A stretch of DNA of 64,000 bases from Mobula hypostoma (taxonomy: Eukaryota). The notes under the pieces were generated by a model that did not search any database, had not been told where the DNA came from, and was given only the letters and a program-made list of their open reading frames with translations. The stretch lies in assembly GCF_963921235.1 (NCBI RefSeq), contig NC_086121.1, forward strand, positions 41,478,001 through 41,542,000. The letters run 5' to 3'. Numbering within the stretch: the first letter of the stretch is position 1; every line of letters begins with the position of its first letter. Positions 62,980 to 64,000 of the stretch are shown here, piece after piece. Made by a program: the position numbers and the translations under genes.

Positions 62980-64000
62980 TATGGTTTTTAAGATAGCCTT
63001 AGGCATATTGGCCTTCATAAATCAAAGTATTGAGAACAGGAGATGGGATGTTATGTGTAAGTTGTACAAGACATTGGTGAGGCCTAATTTGGAGTATTGT
63101 GTGCAGTTTTTGTCAGCCACCTACAGAAAAGATGTAAATAAGGTTGAAAAAATACATACTAAATTTACAAGGATGTTGCTGGATCTGGAGGACTTGAGTT
63201 ATAAGGAAGGATTGAATAGGTGAAATGATATCGTATCTGTTAAATAGAGGCCGTGAACAGTTCTGATCTGATGGAGACAGATGTGAAAGCACAGAGGAAC
63301 ACCTGGAGAAATTTCTGAAATGCCGGCTCGCTGCTGCTGTTACTGCATGATCGAGGATCTTCCAGAGGAAAGGCCCAAAATCCCCGGCTTTGCCTGTTGT
63401 TGGCAACCGAGGCTGAGGTCGAAGTGTTCGGAGAGAGATAGTACTCGATACTCGGTGTCAGAGGGCTGATCGGAGGCTCGAAGTTTTCGGATGACTCAAA
63501 GTCGGACTGTGGTCGGGCATGGCAAGGAGAGTTTTCTTCCTTCTCCCGTCTGCGTGAGATGTGGGACTTCCGAGAGACTTTGAACTTTTTTACTGTGATC
63601 ATGGGCTGTTCTTCATCAAGTTATGGTATTGTTGCACTGTTGTAACTATATGTTATAATTATGTGGTTTTTGTTAGTTTTTCAGTCTTGGTCTGTCCTGT
63701 GTTTTTGTGATATCACACCGGAGGAATATTGTATCATTTCTTAATGCATGCATTACTAAATGACAATAAAAGAGGACTGCGTGTCCTCATAATCTAACCT
63801 AATCTAATACATTATGACTTTATTCACGGGAATGTAGAAGACTGAGAGGAAATTGGATAGGGGTATACAAAATTATGAGGGGTATAGATAGGGTAAATGC
63901 AAACAGGCTTATTTCCATTGAGATTGGGTGGGACTACAACCAGAGATCATGGCTTAAGGATAAAGCTGAAAAGTTTAAGGGGAACATGAGGGGATATTTA
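62980..64000 (+). mobile_element. CR1 3' part, split by an insertion and running off the window
   Basis: LYKTLVRPNLEYCVQF...KFTRML; resumes gactttattc...gtatacaaaattatgagggg. Confidence 0.9.
63222..63807 (+). mobile_element. CpG-rich non-coding retroposon with Rex-type tail
   Basis: Splits the CR1; ends aaatgacaataaaagaggact...(ctaat)n. Confidence 0.7.

Overview
Eukaryotic, repeat-dominated genomic DNA. The repeat set (HE1-type V-SINEs, HER1/CR1 LINEs, Rex1/Babar-like LINEs, Penelope-like elements with hammerhead-bearing pseudo-LTRs) points to a cartilaginous fish, probably a ray; this is inference. More than half of the window is decayed, often multiply nested transposon copies, and nearly every recognisable ORF in the track is a fragment of an RT, GIY-YIG or Tc1 transposase frame. 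There is one assembly gap (31879-32016). I could not identify any host protein-coding gene; a few splice-site-flanked segments are listed only as weak exon candidates. I found no CRISPR array, rRNA or true tRNA gene. The best leads are: (1) a Penelope hammerhead-ribozyme family with one intact, apparently dimer-dependent core and a 211-bp non-coding hairpin-forming mini-element with its own TSD; (2) a twin-priming-like inversion in a Penelope copy; (3) a ~160-bp locally templated insertion inside a Penelope; (4) an unclassified, densely base-paired segment at ~48.38-48.48 kb; (5) headless non-coding retroposons carrying Rex-type 3' tails. Repeat boundaries were read by eye and are approximate unless a TSD or TIR is quoted.
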